A stretch of 64,000 nt of DNA, taken from assembly GCA_035280265.1 (NCBI GenBank), contig DATEGE010000143.1, positions 2,307 to 66,306 of the forward strand, given 5' to 3'. Numbering within the stretch: the stretch's first letter is position 1; every line of letters starts with the position of its first letter. The notes beneath the pieces were generated by a model. The model was not told the origin of the DNA. It was given only the letters and a program-made list of their open reading frames with translations, and ran no database searches. Of this stretch, positions 16,078 to 26,052 are shown piece after piece. The stretch comes from Gemmatimonadales bacterium (GTDB taxonomy: Bacteria; Gemmatimonadota; Gemmatimonadetes; Gemmatimonadales; GWC2-71-9). Both the position numbers and the translations under genes were made by a program.

Positions 16078-18353
16078 CAGGCGCCCACCCGGACCCGGGG
16101 GCGTGGACCCGCCGGCAGCTGCTCGAGCAGGTAGCGGGTCAGGAGCGAGAACACGTGCAGCGTGGTACCGCTGCCCTCGCAAATGCAATGGCTGCGATTG
16201 GGATACTCCATGAAGTCGACGGGCTTGCCGAGCGCGATGAGCCGGGTGAGCAGCCGCTCGGTCCCCTGATAATGGACGTTGTCGTCCCCGGAGCCGTGCA
16301 CCAGGAGCAGGCGACCGCGCAGCCCCTCCGCATGGTTGATGGCCGACGCGGCGTCATATCCCGCCGCATTCTCCTGCGGTAAGCCCATGTAACGCTCCTG
16401 GTAGATCGTGTCGTACAGCCGCTCGTCGGGCACCGGGGCCACGCTCATTCCGACCCGATAGACGTCAGGGTAGCGGAACATCGCTTGGAGCGTGCTCGAG
16501 CCACCGCCACTCCATCCCCAGATGGCGACCCGCGTCGAGTCGAGGTAGGGACGCGACCGCGTCAGTGCTCGCACGGCATCCGCCTGCTCGCGACTCGACA
16601 GCACGCCGATCGCGCCGTATACCACTTTGCGCCAAGCCCGGCCGCGTGGTGCCGGCGTGCCGCGGTTATCCACGCTCGCCACGATGTACCCCTGGTCCGC
16701 GAGCATTCGATACCACAGTCCCATGCCGCCCAGCCACCGGTCGACCACCGTCTGCCCGGCGGGCTCGCCGTACACGTACATCAGCAGTGGGTAGGTCTTC
16801 GTGGAATCGAAGTCGCGTGGCCGGATCATCCAGCCGTCGAGAGTCGCGCTATCCGGGAGCGGCACGCGAAAGAACTCCGTGTGGCGCGCGGTGAGCGGGG
16901 CGACAGCGGCGCGCAACCGGTCGTTGGACACGACGGTGCGAACGGTGACGTGGGACGGCAGTCGTACGAGCTCCGTTACGGGTGGCGCGTCGAATGTCGA
17001 GTAGGTGTGCCACGCCCAGCGGGCGTCCGGCGAGATGTCGTAACCGTGCGTGCCCGGTCGATCGGCGGGCGACAGACGCTCCGGCTTCCCGCTGCCATCG
17101 AGACGCGAGCGGTACAGATAGCGCTGGGTCGCGTTGTCGGGGGACGCCTCGTACAGCAGCCAGCCGCCGGGCTCGTCCACGGCGGCCACCTGGATCACGT
17201 CGAACGGGCCCGGGGTCACGAGGCGGATGGTCTTGCCGTCGCGGGTGACGCGGTAGACGTGACGCCAGCCGTCCCGCTCGCTGATCCAGGTGAACTCCTT
17301 CCCAGCGGCGAGCCAGCGCACGTCGTCGACGACATCGAGCCACGCGCTGTCCTGCTCCACGAGCACGGTACGAACCGCACCTGTGGCGGCGTTGGCGAGC
17401 ATCACGCGGTAGCGATTCTGCGCGCGGTTGACACGTTGCAGCATCAGCTCCTGAGGACCCGCCCATTCCAGCCGAGGCAGATAGTTCTGGCGCGGATCGT
17501 CGGGCACCTGCAGCCACGTCGTGGGACCACCGTCCGCGCTCACGACGCCGGCCGTCACCGCAGAGTTCGTGGTTCCAGCCTTCGGGTACTGAACCGGTGT
17601 GACGAACGGGTACAACGAGTCGGTGTCGTTCGTCAGGAGGAACGTGCCCACACCGGTCATGTCGAAGCGCCAGTAGGCGATGCGGGATCCGTCCGGCGAC
17701 CAGCGGAAGCCATCGCGCAAATCGAACTCCTCTTCATAGACCCAGTCGGTCATGCCGTTCACGTGCAGCGAGTCGGCGTCAGCCGTGAGACGCATGATGC
17801 GACCGTCGGCCAGGCGTTCGACGTACAGGTCTCCCTGCCGCACGTACGCGACGCGGTCGCCCGTGGGCGAGAACTTGGCGTACATGAGGGACGATGGCGG
17901 CGCCTCGCCCCCCAGCTTCCGCAGCGCGCCGCTGCCCAGGTCGAGCACCCAGTAGTCCCCACGCGTGTTCTGGCGCCACACCCGCCGCGTGTTCGTGAAC
18001 ACGAGCAGTTTCGTCCCGTCGCTCGACCAGGCGTAGTCGTCGATGTCGAGCGGCGTTGCGCCGCCGGTCGGGACGAGCTGTCGCGCCGCGACGGCAACGC
18101 GGCGCGAGCCGGTCGCCGTCTCGTAGCGCACGATGTCTGCGCCGCCGGCCGCCGGCTCGACGGTGGTGTAGGCCGCGCCATCGGAGGTCCAGCGCGCTGG
18201 ACCGAAGTGCTGCGGCGCGAAGTCACGGGACGCGAAGACGCGCCGCAGCATGTCGCTGATCGGGGCGGGCAGCTGCCCCGCGAGGGGCGACGCCGCGAGC
18301 AGGCTCGCCGTGACGACGACCGGCATGACGTGACGCAGCGAGTGCGCAGTCAT
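16077..18353 (-). CDS. dipeptidyl-peptidase IV / prolyl oligopeptidase family S9B
   Basis: Signal MTAHSLRHVMPVVVTASLLAASPLAGQ, DPP-IV beta-propeller region, and catalytic IWGWSGGGSSTL ... GSGDDNVH. ATG 18353 overlaps the upstream stop (ATGA). Confidence 0.9.
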   Translation of the reverse strand: MTAHSLRHVMPVVVTASLLAASPLAGQLPAPISDMLRRVFASRDFAPQHFGPARWTSDGAAYTTVEPAAGGADIVRYETATGSRRVAVAARQLVPTGGATPLDIDDYAWSSDGTKLLVFTNTRRVWRQNTRGDYWVLDLGSGALRKLGGEAPPSSLMYAKFSPTGDRVAYVRQGDLYVERLADGRIMRLTADADSLHVNGMTDWVYEEEFDLRDGFRWSPDGSRIAYWRFDMTGVGTFLLTNDTDSLYPFVTPVQYPKAGTTNSAVTAGVVSADGGPTTWLQVPDDPRQNYLPRLEWAGPQELMLQRVNRAQNRYRVMLANAATGAVRTVLVEQDSAWLDVVDDVRWLAAGKEFTWISERDGWRHVYRVTRDGKTIRLVTPGPFDVIQVAAVDEPGGWLLYEASPDNATQRYLYRSRLDGSGKPERLSPADRPGTHGYDISPDARWAWHTYSTFDAPPVTELVRLPSHVTVRTVVSNDRLRAAVAPLTARHTEFFRVPLPDSATLDGWMIRPRDFDSTKTYPLLMYVYGEPAGQTVVDRWLGGMGLWYRMLADQGYIVASVDNRGTPAPRGRAWRKVVYGAIGVLSSREQADAVRALTRSRPYLDSTRVAIWGWSGGGSSTLQAMFRYPDVYRVGMSVAPVPDERLYDTIYQERYMGLPQENAAGYDAASAINHAEGLRGRLLLVHGSGDDNVHYQGTERLLTRLIALGKPVDFMEYPNRSHCICEGSGTTLHVFSLLTRYLLEQLPAGPRPRVRVGA

Positions 18354-19093
18354 TGCTCGGAGAGCTCGCGAATCCAGATGTCTCGGTAGCGAACGGGGTT
18401 GCCGTGGTCCTGCAGAAAGAGGGGCAGTTTGTCGCCGTGCGGCTCGTAATGGGCGCGCCGGCCGTGGACCGTCCACCCGGTGATGACCGTGGCGTTCTGT
18501 ACCAGCACGCCGTTGTGGAACACGGTCACGCGGGCCGAGTCTCGCACGGCGCCGTCGGCCCTGAAGCGGGGACGGCGAAACACGATGTCGTACGTCTGCC
18601 ATTGCCCCGGTGGCCGGCTCGCGTTGACGAGCGGTGGGGTCTGTCCGTAGACCGCCGCGGCTTGGCCGTCGGCGTACGTGTCGTTGTGGTACGAATCGAG
18701 CACCTGGATCTCGTAGTGGCTCATCAAGAACACGCCGCTATTCCCGCGCTCTTGGCTATCGCCCTGGGGCGGGAACGGCGTCGCCCACTCGATATGCAGC
18801 TGCTGATCACCGAACCCCCGCTGCGTCGTGATCGCACCGCTCCCGGGCACGACCTCCATGTACCCGTCCTGCACCTTCCACTTCGCTGCGCCGCCGGACT
18901 CCGCTTGCCACGCCGCAAGGTCCTTCCCGTCGAACAACACGATCGCGTCGGACGGCGGCGACACCGGCGGGCGCTCTGACCCGGGATCGACGACGGCGGG
19001 ACGAGGTCGGTCGAGCGAATGGACGGGCCATTGTTGGGCGAGCATGGGTGCGGGCAGGAGGAGCGTGAGCAAGACTGCCCTCAGGGCTTCCAA
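18350..19093 (-). CDS. exported DUF1080 (3-keto-disaccharide hydrolase family) protein
   Basis: ...LRAVLLTLLLPAPMLAQQ signal, LFDGKDLAAWQ, FLQDHGNPVRYRDIWIREL. Start uncertain: TTG 19093 chosen because it gives a signal peptide. Confidence 0.7.
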   Translation of the reverse strand: MEALRAVLLTLLLPAPMLAQQWPVHSLDRPRPAVVDPGSERPPVSPPSDAIVLFDGKDLAAWQAESGGAAKWKVQDGYMEVVPGSGAITTQRGFGDQQLHIEWATPFPPQGDSQERGNSGVFLMSHYEIQVLDSYHNDTYADGQAAAVYGQTPPLVNASRPPGQWQTYDIVFRRPRFRADGAVRDSARVTVFHNGVLVQNATVITGWTVHGRRAHYEPHGDKLPLFLQDHGNPVRYRDIWIRELSEQ

Positions 19094-20322
19094 GTTCCCT
19101 TCGCAACCGCTGGCACGAATTGCTCCAGCCCCGCCGGGGGAAACTCCACCGTCTTTCCTTGCTCGGCGCTCAGGTATGCCGTCATCAGCAGCTTCACGAC
19201 GTCCAATCCGTCGTCGAACGTCAGCTGCGGCTTCTCGCCCTTCAGGAACACGCGGACGAAATGCCGATCCTCGGCTTCGTAGCCGTAAACGGACGCTTCC
19301 CCCGTGACGACCGGCATCAGCCCCATCTCCGCGTTCTGTTTCTCCACCAGGTCCTCGCCCGACTTGCCCTTCACCTCGCGGCTGAAGAACAGCTTGAGGC
19401 CGGACTCGAGCGAGTTCCACGCCATCGAGTATTCCGGGCCGAGCAGCTCCGCCGACAGGCGCAATCCGGCTCCCACGAAGCTCCAGGACGTCGTGGCTTC
19501 GCCGAGCACCGTGGCACCTTGGTCGGTCTCGAACTCGACCATGACGCTTGCGAAGTCTTCCGACGGCCGCTTGGCGTAATCCACTTCTTTCCCCATGGTC
19601 TTCTGGAGCAGGGCGGGGTAGCGACCCTGCGACCACTTCAGGCTCGCGATGTGCCCGGTGACGCGTACCGGTCGCACCGTGGTTCGCGCCGCCTCCGGCT
19701 GCGTGAGGAGGTGCCGCACCACCAGGGCTGAATGGCACATCATGTCGTTGAGCACGCCCCCGCCTTGCAGCTCGCCACGCCAGAACCACGGCATGTGCGG
19801 GCCGCTATGTTCCTCCGCGGCGCGCGCCAGGTACGGGCGTCCGGTGAGGGCCGCACCGCGCCCCCAGATGATGGCCCGCCCCTGCTCCACGGCGGGGGCG
19901 AACAGCTGGTTTTCGAGATAACCGTGCGCGATGCCAGCTTGCGTCACCAGCTCCATCACGCGCTGCGCTTCCTTGACGTTCCGCGCCAGCGGTTTCTCGC
20001 ACGCGATGCCCGTGAGCGCGCCCTTGCCGCGCCGCACGGTGTCCGTGATCTCTTCGACGTTCTCGATGCGCGCGAAGTTCGGCCCGCACAGCCACACGGC
20101 GTCGATCGCGGGGTTCGCCACCATCTCGGCGATCGAGGCGAATGCCGTCGCCTGACCGACGTCGAGCCGGCGCGCGAGGGCCGCCATCTCCTGGGCGCGC
20201 TGGGCGTTGGGACTCCATACGCCGAGCACGTCGGCGTCGCGCACGGCCCGAAAGGCCTGCAGGTGGAAGCGCGCGTTGAAGCCGCTTCCGACGAACCCGA
20301 CGCCGAGTCGCTTGTCGGTCAT
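19081..20322 (-). CDS. Gfo/Idh/MocA family oxidoreductase (no signal peptide seen)
   Basis: MTDKRLGVGFVGSGFNARFHLQAF... Rossmann N-terminus. ATG 20322 overlaps the upstream stop (ATGA). Confidence 0.85.
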   Translation of the reverse strand: MTDKRLGVGFVGSGFNARFHLQAFRAVRDADVLGVWSPNAQRAQEMAALARRLDVGQATAFASIAEMVANPAIDAVWLCGPNFARIENVEEITDTVRRGKGALTGIACEKPLARNVKEAQRVMELVTQAGIAHGYLENQLFAPAVEQGRAIIWGRGAALTGRPYLARAAEEHSGPHMPWFWRGELQGGGVLNDMMCHSALVVRHLLTQPEAARTTVRPVRVTGHIASLKWSQGRYPALLQKTMGKEVDYAKRPSEDFASVMVEFETDQGATVLGEATTSWSFVGAGLRLSAELLGPEYSMAWNSLESGLKLFFSREVKGKSGEDLVEKQNAEMGLMPVVTGEASVYGYEAEDRHFVRVFLKGEKPQLTFDDGLDVVKLLMTAYLSAEQGKTVEFPPAGLEQFVPAVAKGTWKP

Positions 20323-20921
20323 GATCCGTAGCTCACGCCGAGCTTCGCGAGCGCTTCCGGGGGACAGCCCTTCCATTCCGCGACGAACGTGTTGCCGATG
20401 TAGCGGAGGTCCTGCACGCCCATCCGGCTGGAGAAAAACCCGGACGCGGTCAGATCGCGGAAACTGTTGAAGAAGGCGACGCCCGCCGCGTGCTCGGGCT
20501 TGGCGCGCTTCGGCCAGGCGATGTCGTCCAGCACGGCGGTTCGCTCGGCTTCGCTCGCGGTGAGGAACGTCTTGCCGTAGCGGTCGTCGCATTCATGATC
20601 GAGCCATGCCAGGCCGCCACGGATCGGAGTCTCCAAATCGCGATCGTCACCCAGCATGAAGTCCATGAACTCGGGCACGCCGGCGTCGGTGGCGCTCCCC
20701 GAGCGCTCGTCCTTCGGAATGATGAGGTCCACGAGCAGGCGGACGGTGTCCCACTCGTGCGCCGTGAAGTGCTTCGGCTCGTACCGCGCGCTCCGCGCCA
20801 GCGCTTCGCGTGCCTGCGCCGCCGCTTCGCGAACGGCCTCGGGTGCCAGGCTCAGCGCCGCAGCCGTGGGGACGGCGGCCAGGGCGCGAAGCGCGTCCCG
20901 ACGGCTCACACCGTCCGTCAC
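20319..20921 (-). CDS. Tat-signal small subunit, gluconate 2-dehydrogenase subunit 3 family
   Basis: GTG 20921 overlaps the GMC stop (GTGA). VTDGVSRRDALRALAAVPTAAALSLAP twin-arginine signal. About 200 aa and partnered with the GMC flavoprotein. Confidence 0.75.
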   Translation of the reverse strand: MTDGVSRRDALRALAAVPTAAALSLAPEAVREAAAQAREALARSARYEPKHFTAHEWDTVRLLVDLIIPKDERSGSATDAGVPEFMDFMLGDDRDLETPIRGGLAWLDHECDDRYGKTFLTASEAERTAVLDDIAWPKRAKPEHAAGVAFFNSFRDLTASGFFSSRMGVQDLRYIGNTFVAEWKGCPPEALAKLGVSYGS

Positions 20922-22627
20922 AGGGCCCCCTTCTTCATCTGATCCGCGATGTACTCGCTGGTCCGCATCGACAGCGCGAGAATCGTCCACGTCGGATTTT
21001 TGTCCGCCTGCGACACGAACGGCCCGCCGTCCGTCACGAAGAGATTCTTGCAGTCGTGCGCCTGGCACCAGCGATTGGTCACCGACGTCTTGGGGTCGTC
21101 CCCCATGCGGGTGCCGCCGAGCTCGTGGATGATCACGCCGCCCGCCGCGATGCCGTACCCGCGCTCCGGGCCGGGCATCGGGGAAAACACTTCGCCCCCC
21201 ATCTCGGCGATCAACGCCCGGAACGTCTCTTGCATGTGCTTCACTTGCTGGTACTCGTGATCCGACCACTTCCAGTGGAACCGCAGCGCGGGGATGCCCC
21301 AGCGGTCCACCGTATTGGGGTCGATCTCACAGTAGGTGTCGTCGTTCGGGATCATCTCACCCCGGCCCGAGAAGCCGATGGTGGCGCCGTAGTACTTGCG
21401 GTAGTCGTCCTTGAGCTGCTTGCCGTAGCCGCCGCCCGAGGGGTAGCGATGAATGCCGCTGCCGAACCCGTACGACGGGACGTGGGTGCCGCCCCACACC
21501 TCGATGTGATAGCCGCGCGGGAAGTCGAGCTTTTGGTTCTCCAGCCACCACGGCATGTACAGGTGCATCCCGCCCACGCCGTCGTGATTATGGGGCACCG
21601 GGTCCGTCATCTTCGGGATGAACCCGTTCACGTCAGTGCCGGTCGTGTCGGTGATGTACCTCCCGACGGTCCCGCTGGCGTTGGCGAGGCCGTTCGGAAA
21701 CTGCGGGGATCGCGAGTTCAACAGCAGGCGCGAGGACTCGAGCGCGCTCGCCGCGAGCACCACGACCTTCGCCTGTACGTGGCGATCGGCCCCCGTCGTC
21801 TTGTCGATGTAGGCGACCCCAGTCGCCCGGCCCGCCTTGTTCAGCGTCACCTCGCGGGCCATCGCATTGGTCACGAGCGTCAGCTTCCCGGCGGCCAGCG
21901 CCGGCGCGATCAGCACGTTGGTCGATGTGAAGTTCGCGTTCACCCGGCAGCCGCGGTTGCACTGCCCGCAGTAGTGACAGGCCGCCCGGCCGTTCAGCGG
22001 CCGGGTGAGGATCGAGAGCCGGGCGGGGATGCACGTGACGTGCAGCCGGTCGGCCGCCTGCTTCACCAGCAGCTCGTGACAACGTGGGCGCGGCGGTGGC
22101 AAAAAGATCCCGTTCGGCTCGTTGGGGAGGCGTTCGTTGGAGCCGAACACGCCGATCAGACGGTCGACCTTGTCGTAGTAGGGCGCGACGTCCTCGTAGG
22201 AAATCGGCCAATCGTCCCCTAGCCCGTCGCGGCTCTTGCGCTTGAAGTCGTACGGCCCGAACCGCAGGGAAATGCGGCCCCAGTGGTTGGTCCGGCCGCC
22301 CACCATGCGGGCGCGCCACCAGCTGAATTCTGTCCCCGGTGCACGGGTGTAGGGCTCGCCCGGGATCTCCCATCCGCCGATGCACGCATCGAACTCGCCG
22401 AACGGACGGTCCACGGTCGACGCGCCACGCCGCGGCGACTCGTACGGCCACGTGAGCATCGCCGAGTCCTTCGCGTTGTCCCAGGGTTGGCCGGCCTCGA
22501 GCACCACGACGTCGGCGCCGGCTTGCGTGAGTGCATACGCGGCCATCCCGCCGCCCGCGCCCGAGCCCACGATGCAGACATCGTAGACTCGGGACTGGCT
22601 CGGGGCTCGGGAGTTGGGAATCGCCAT
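20918..22627 (-). CDS. GMC family FAD-dependent oxidoreductase
   Basis: YDVCIVGSGAGGGMAAYALTQAGADVVVLEAG (FAD GxGxxG), and C-terminal ...HELGGTRMGDDPKTSVTNRWCQAHDCKNLFVTDGGPF. Confidence 0.9.
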   Translation of the reverse strand: MAIPNSRAPSQSRVYDVCIVGSGAGGGMAAYALTQAGADVVVLEAGQPWDNAKDSAMLTWPYESPRRGASTVDRPFGEFDACIGGWEIPGEPYTRAPGTEFSWWRARMVGGRTNHWGRISLRFGPYDFKRKSRDGLGDDWPISYEDVAPYYDKVDRLIGVFGSNERLPNEPNGIFLPPPRPRCHELLVKQAADRLHVTCIPARLSILTRPLNGRAACHYCGQCNRGCRVNANFTSTNVLIAPALAAGKLTLVTNAMAREVTLNKAGRATGVAYIDKTTGADRHVQAKVVVLAASALESSRLLLNSRSPQFPNGLANASGTVGRYITDTTGTDVNGFIPKMTDPVPHNHDGVGGMHLYMPWWLENQKLDFPRGYHIEVWGGTHVPSYGFGSGIHRYPSGGGYGKQLKDDYRKYYGATIGFSGRGEMIPNDDTYCEIDPNTVDRWGIPALRFHWKWSDHEYQQVKHMQETFRALIAEMGGEVFSPMPGPERGYGIAAGGVIIHELGGTRMGDDPKTSVTNRWCQAHDCKNLFVTDGGPFVSQADKNPTWTILALSMRTSEYIADQMKKGAL

Positions 22628-22642
22628 GGTCGGTAACGTCGC

Positions 22643-23562
<920 letters not shown>

Positions 23563-23563
<1 letters not shown>

Positions 23564-24411
23564 CAGAACTCCAGCTGCTTCAGGTACTCGCAGCTCGCTC
23601 GGATCGACGCGAACGGGTCTGCCGGCTGGTCGTGCTCCACGAAGAAGTGCTTGATCCCCGCCTGCTCCTGTTTGCCGAAGATGCGCTTCCAGTCGATCTT
23701 GCCGGCCCCGACGTCGGCCATTTTGTGCTCGGGTGGGCCCATCGAGTCCTTGACGTGCACCATCGGGAACCGGCCCGGCCAGCGAGCGAAGTACGTCAGG
23801 GGATCCTGCCCCCCTTTGGTGATCCAGTACAGGTCCATCTCCATTTGCACCAACTTGGGGTCCGTTTCGGTGAGCAGCACGTCGTACGGCAACTTGCCTT
23901 CCACCGGCGCGAACTCGAAGTCGTGGTTGTGATAGGCGAATTGCAGCCCTGCCGCGCGCGCCTGCTCTGCCGCGCGGTTGAAGTCGGCGCCGAATCGCTT
24001 GTAGGCGTCGAGCCCGGTCCGGCGCTCCACCGGGATCCACGGGAACACGATGTAGCGGTGACCGATCACGTGCGCCGCGTCGAGCGCCGCTTTCCAGGCG
24101 TCCGGCTCGATCGCGCCGACGTGGGTCGAGGGAGCGGTGAGGCCATGCCGGTCGAGCATGGCGCGAATGTCGGCTGGCGACTTGCCGAAGTAGCCCGCGA
24201 ACTCGACCTCGGTGTAGCCAGTCGCGGCGACGCGGGCGATCGTGCCCTCGACGTCCTTCTTCATCTCGTCGCGCACCGTGTAGAGCTGCAGGCCGACGCG
24301 GGTGAGCTTGCGGGTGGGGATTAGGGATTTGGGACTTGGGGCTAGGCAAGGCAAGGCGTACGTCAGCGCCGCCGCACCGAGTGTCTTCGTGAAGTCGCGT
24401 CGACTGGTCAT
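23563..24411 (-). CDS. Tat-exported xylose isomerase-like TIM-barrel protein (sugar phosphate isomerase/epimerase family)
   Basis: MTSRRDFTKTLGAAALTYALPCLA twin-arginine signal. The 282-aa body contains ...YHNHDFEF...FFVEHDQP. Confidence 0.85.
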
Positions 24412-24461
24412 CGTGGTTCTCCCGGGTCCGTGGTTCCTAACCCCTAGCCCCTAAATCTCCC
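24316..24461. repeat. inverted GGGAYTWGG-type word arrays flanking the start and signal region of the TIM-barrel gene
   Basis: Arm 24316..24346 is GGGGATTAGGGATTTGGGACTTGGGGCTAGG. Arm 24436..24461 is CCTAACCCCTAGCCCCTAAATCTCCC. 9-bp perfect core GGGGCTAGG / CCTAGCCCC. Same word family as 7395..7485. Confidence 0.7.
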
Positions 24462-24663
24462 TCCGCTTCATCGTTTCCACTGCATCCGCCGCGGCGCGCG
24501 CCGTGAGCGCCATATACGTGATCGACGGATTCTGGCACGCCGACGACGCCATGCGCGCGCCGTCGGTCAGGAACAGGTTTTTCACGTCGTGGCACTGGTT
24601 GTGAGCGTTCAGGGCGGCGGCGACCGAGTGGAGGAGTTCGCGGCGGTTCATGAGCGTCCCCAA
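24451..24663 (-). pseudogene. C-terminal remnant of a GMC oxidoreductase
   Basis: 70-aa ORF ...NAHNQCHDVKNLFLTDGARMASSACQNPSITYMALTARAA parallels the C-terminus of the intact GMC gene (...NRWCQAHDCKNLFVTDGGPFVSQADKNPTWTILALSMRT). No FAD-binding N-terminal part exists upstream; a stop lies just 5'. Confidence 0.7.
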
Positions 24664-24756
24664 GATCAGTCCGATTCGGGCGGTTCGCTAGGGAACCTCG
24701 GTGCGAATCGCGCACCGCGTCTTCCTTGTGGGGAGATTCCCTGGCGCGCGCAGCGG

Positions 24757-24784
24757 TTGACAGGTCGCCCAACCTCTGTATGTT
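24757..24784 (+). promoter_or_regulatory. sigma70-type promoter of argG-argH
   Basis: TTGACA (24757..24762), 16-nt spacer, TATGTT (24779..24784), about 36 nt upstream of the argG ATG. Confidence 0.6.
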
Positions 24785-24804
24785 TATGCACTACTGTGCA
24801 TAAA
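24783..24804. promoter_or_regulatory. perfect palindrome, candidate ArgR operator (ARG box) overlapping the -10 element
   Basis: TTTATGCAC-TACT-GTGCATAAA: 9-bp perfect arms immediately upstream of argG. argR is present in this window. Confidence 0.55.
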
Positions 24805-24819
24805 CCTGCGAGGGACGAA

Positions 24820-26052
24820 ATGGGGCCGTTGGTGGTTCTCGCGTATTCGGGCGGACTCGACACGTCGGCGATCGTACCGTGGCTGCGCGAGCGGTACGGC
24901 GCCCGGGTCCTGTGCTTCGCCGCCGACGTGGGGCAGGGCGCGGGCGAGCTGAACGGCCTCGTCGAGAAAGCGAAGCGCTCCGGCGCCGTCGACTGCGTGA
25001 TCGAGGACTTGCGCGAGGAATTCGTGCGGGATTTCGTGTTCCCCACGCTCCGCGCCGGCGCCGTATACGCACGCACCTACCTGCTCGGCACCGCCATGGC
25101 CAGGCCCGTCATGGCCGCGCACCACGTCGCGCTCGCCCAACAGGCCGGCGCCCAGGCGGTCGCCCATGGCTGTACCGGTAAGGGCAACGATCAGGTCCGC
25201 TTCGAGCTCACCTACGCCGCGTTAGCCCCCGACCTGCAGGTCATCGCGCCGTGGCGGGAGTGGCAGTTCGAGGGCCGCGAGGATCTCATCGAATACGTGA
25301 AGACGAAGGGCGTTCCCGTGCAGGCGACCGTCGAGAAGCCGTACTCCACCGACCGCAATCTCTGGCATTGCTCCCACGAGGGCGGCATCCTCGAGGATCC
25401 GGCGCGCGAGCCCCCGGAACACATCTTCGTCATGACCAAGGATCCCCTCGAAGCCCCCGACTTGCCCGCGGTAGTCGAGATCGAGTTCGCCGAGGGAACC
25501 CCGGTCGCGGTAGACCGCATGCCGCTCGGCCCGGTGGAGCTGCTCGAGCGGTTGAACGAGATCGCGGGGGAGCACGGGGTGGGCCGCGCCGACGTGGTCG
25601 AGGATCGCCTGGTGGGCATGAAGTCGCGGGGCGTGTACGAGACGCCGGGCGGCACGGTGCTGCACGCGGCGCATCGCGAGCTGGAGCAGCTGGTGCTCGA
25701 TCGGCGCACCCTCCGGCTCAAGGACGAGCTGGCACTACAGTACGCCGACCTCGTGTATGACGGGCGCTGGTGGACGCCTGAGCGGCAAGCCCTCGATGCG
25801 GCGGTGGCGAGCACGCAAAAGCACGTGAGCGGGGTCGTGCGGCTCAAGCTGTTCAAGGGCGGCCTCACCGTCGCGGGACGCCAGAGCCCCCACGCACTGT
25901 ACCAGCCTTCCTACGCGACGTTCGGCAAGGACAACGTCTACAATCAGCAGGACGCGGAAGGCTTCATTCATCTGTACGGACTGTCGATCAAGATCGGGGC
26001 GGGACTCGAGGCGGCGCGGCGGCAACCGGAAGTCGGCGCGGCGGCGGACTGA
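24820..26052 (+). CDS. argG: argininosuccinate synthase
   Basis: MGPLVVLAYSGGLDTSAIVPWL (N-type ATP pyrophosphatase SGGLDTS), ...AHGCTGKGNDQVRFE... Start at ATG 24820 inside ORF 24589..26052. Confidence 0.95.
   Translation: MGPLVVLAYSGGLDTSAIVPWLRERYGARVLCFAADVGQGAGELNGLVEKAKRSGAVDCVIEDLREEFVRDFVFPTLRAGAVYARTYLLGTAMARPVMAAHHVALAQQAGAQAVAHGCTGKGNDQVRFELTYAALAPDLQVIAPWREWQFEGREDLIEYVKTKGVPVQATVEKPYSTDRNLWHCSHEGGILEDPAREPPEHIFVMTKDPLEAPDLPAVVEIEFAEGTPVAVDRMPLGPVELLERLNEIAGEHGVGRADVVEDRLVGMKSRGVYETPGGTVLHAAHRELEQLVLDRRTLRLKDELALQYADLVYDGRWWTPERQALDAAVASTQKHVSGVVRLKLFKGGLTVAGRQSPHALYQPSYATFGKDNVYNQQDAEGFIHLYGLSIKIGAGLEAARRQPEVGAAAD

Noticed and set aside
19111-19123. TGGCACGAATTGC, resembling a sigma54 -24/-12 promoter; similar TGGCAC strings occur at 30808 and about 47958.
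   Set aside because: Spacing between the GG and GC elements is wrong (2 nt instead of 4 between TGGCACG and TTGC). All copies lie inside coding sequence, on strands or positions with no downstream gene start.
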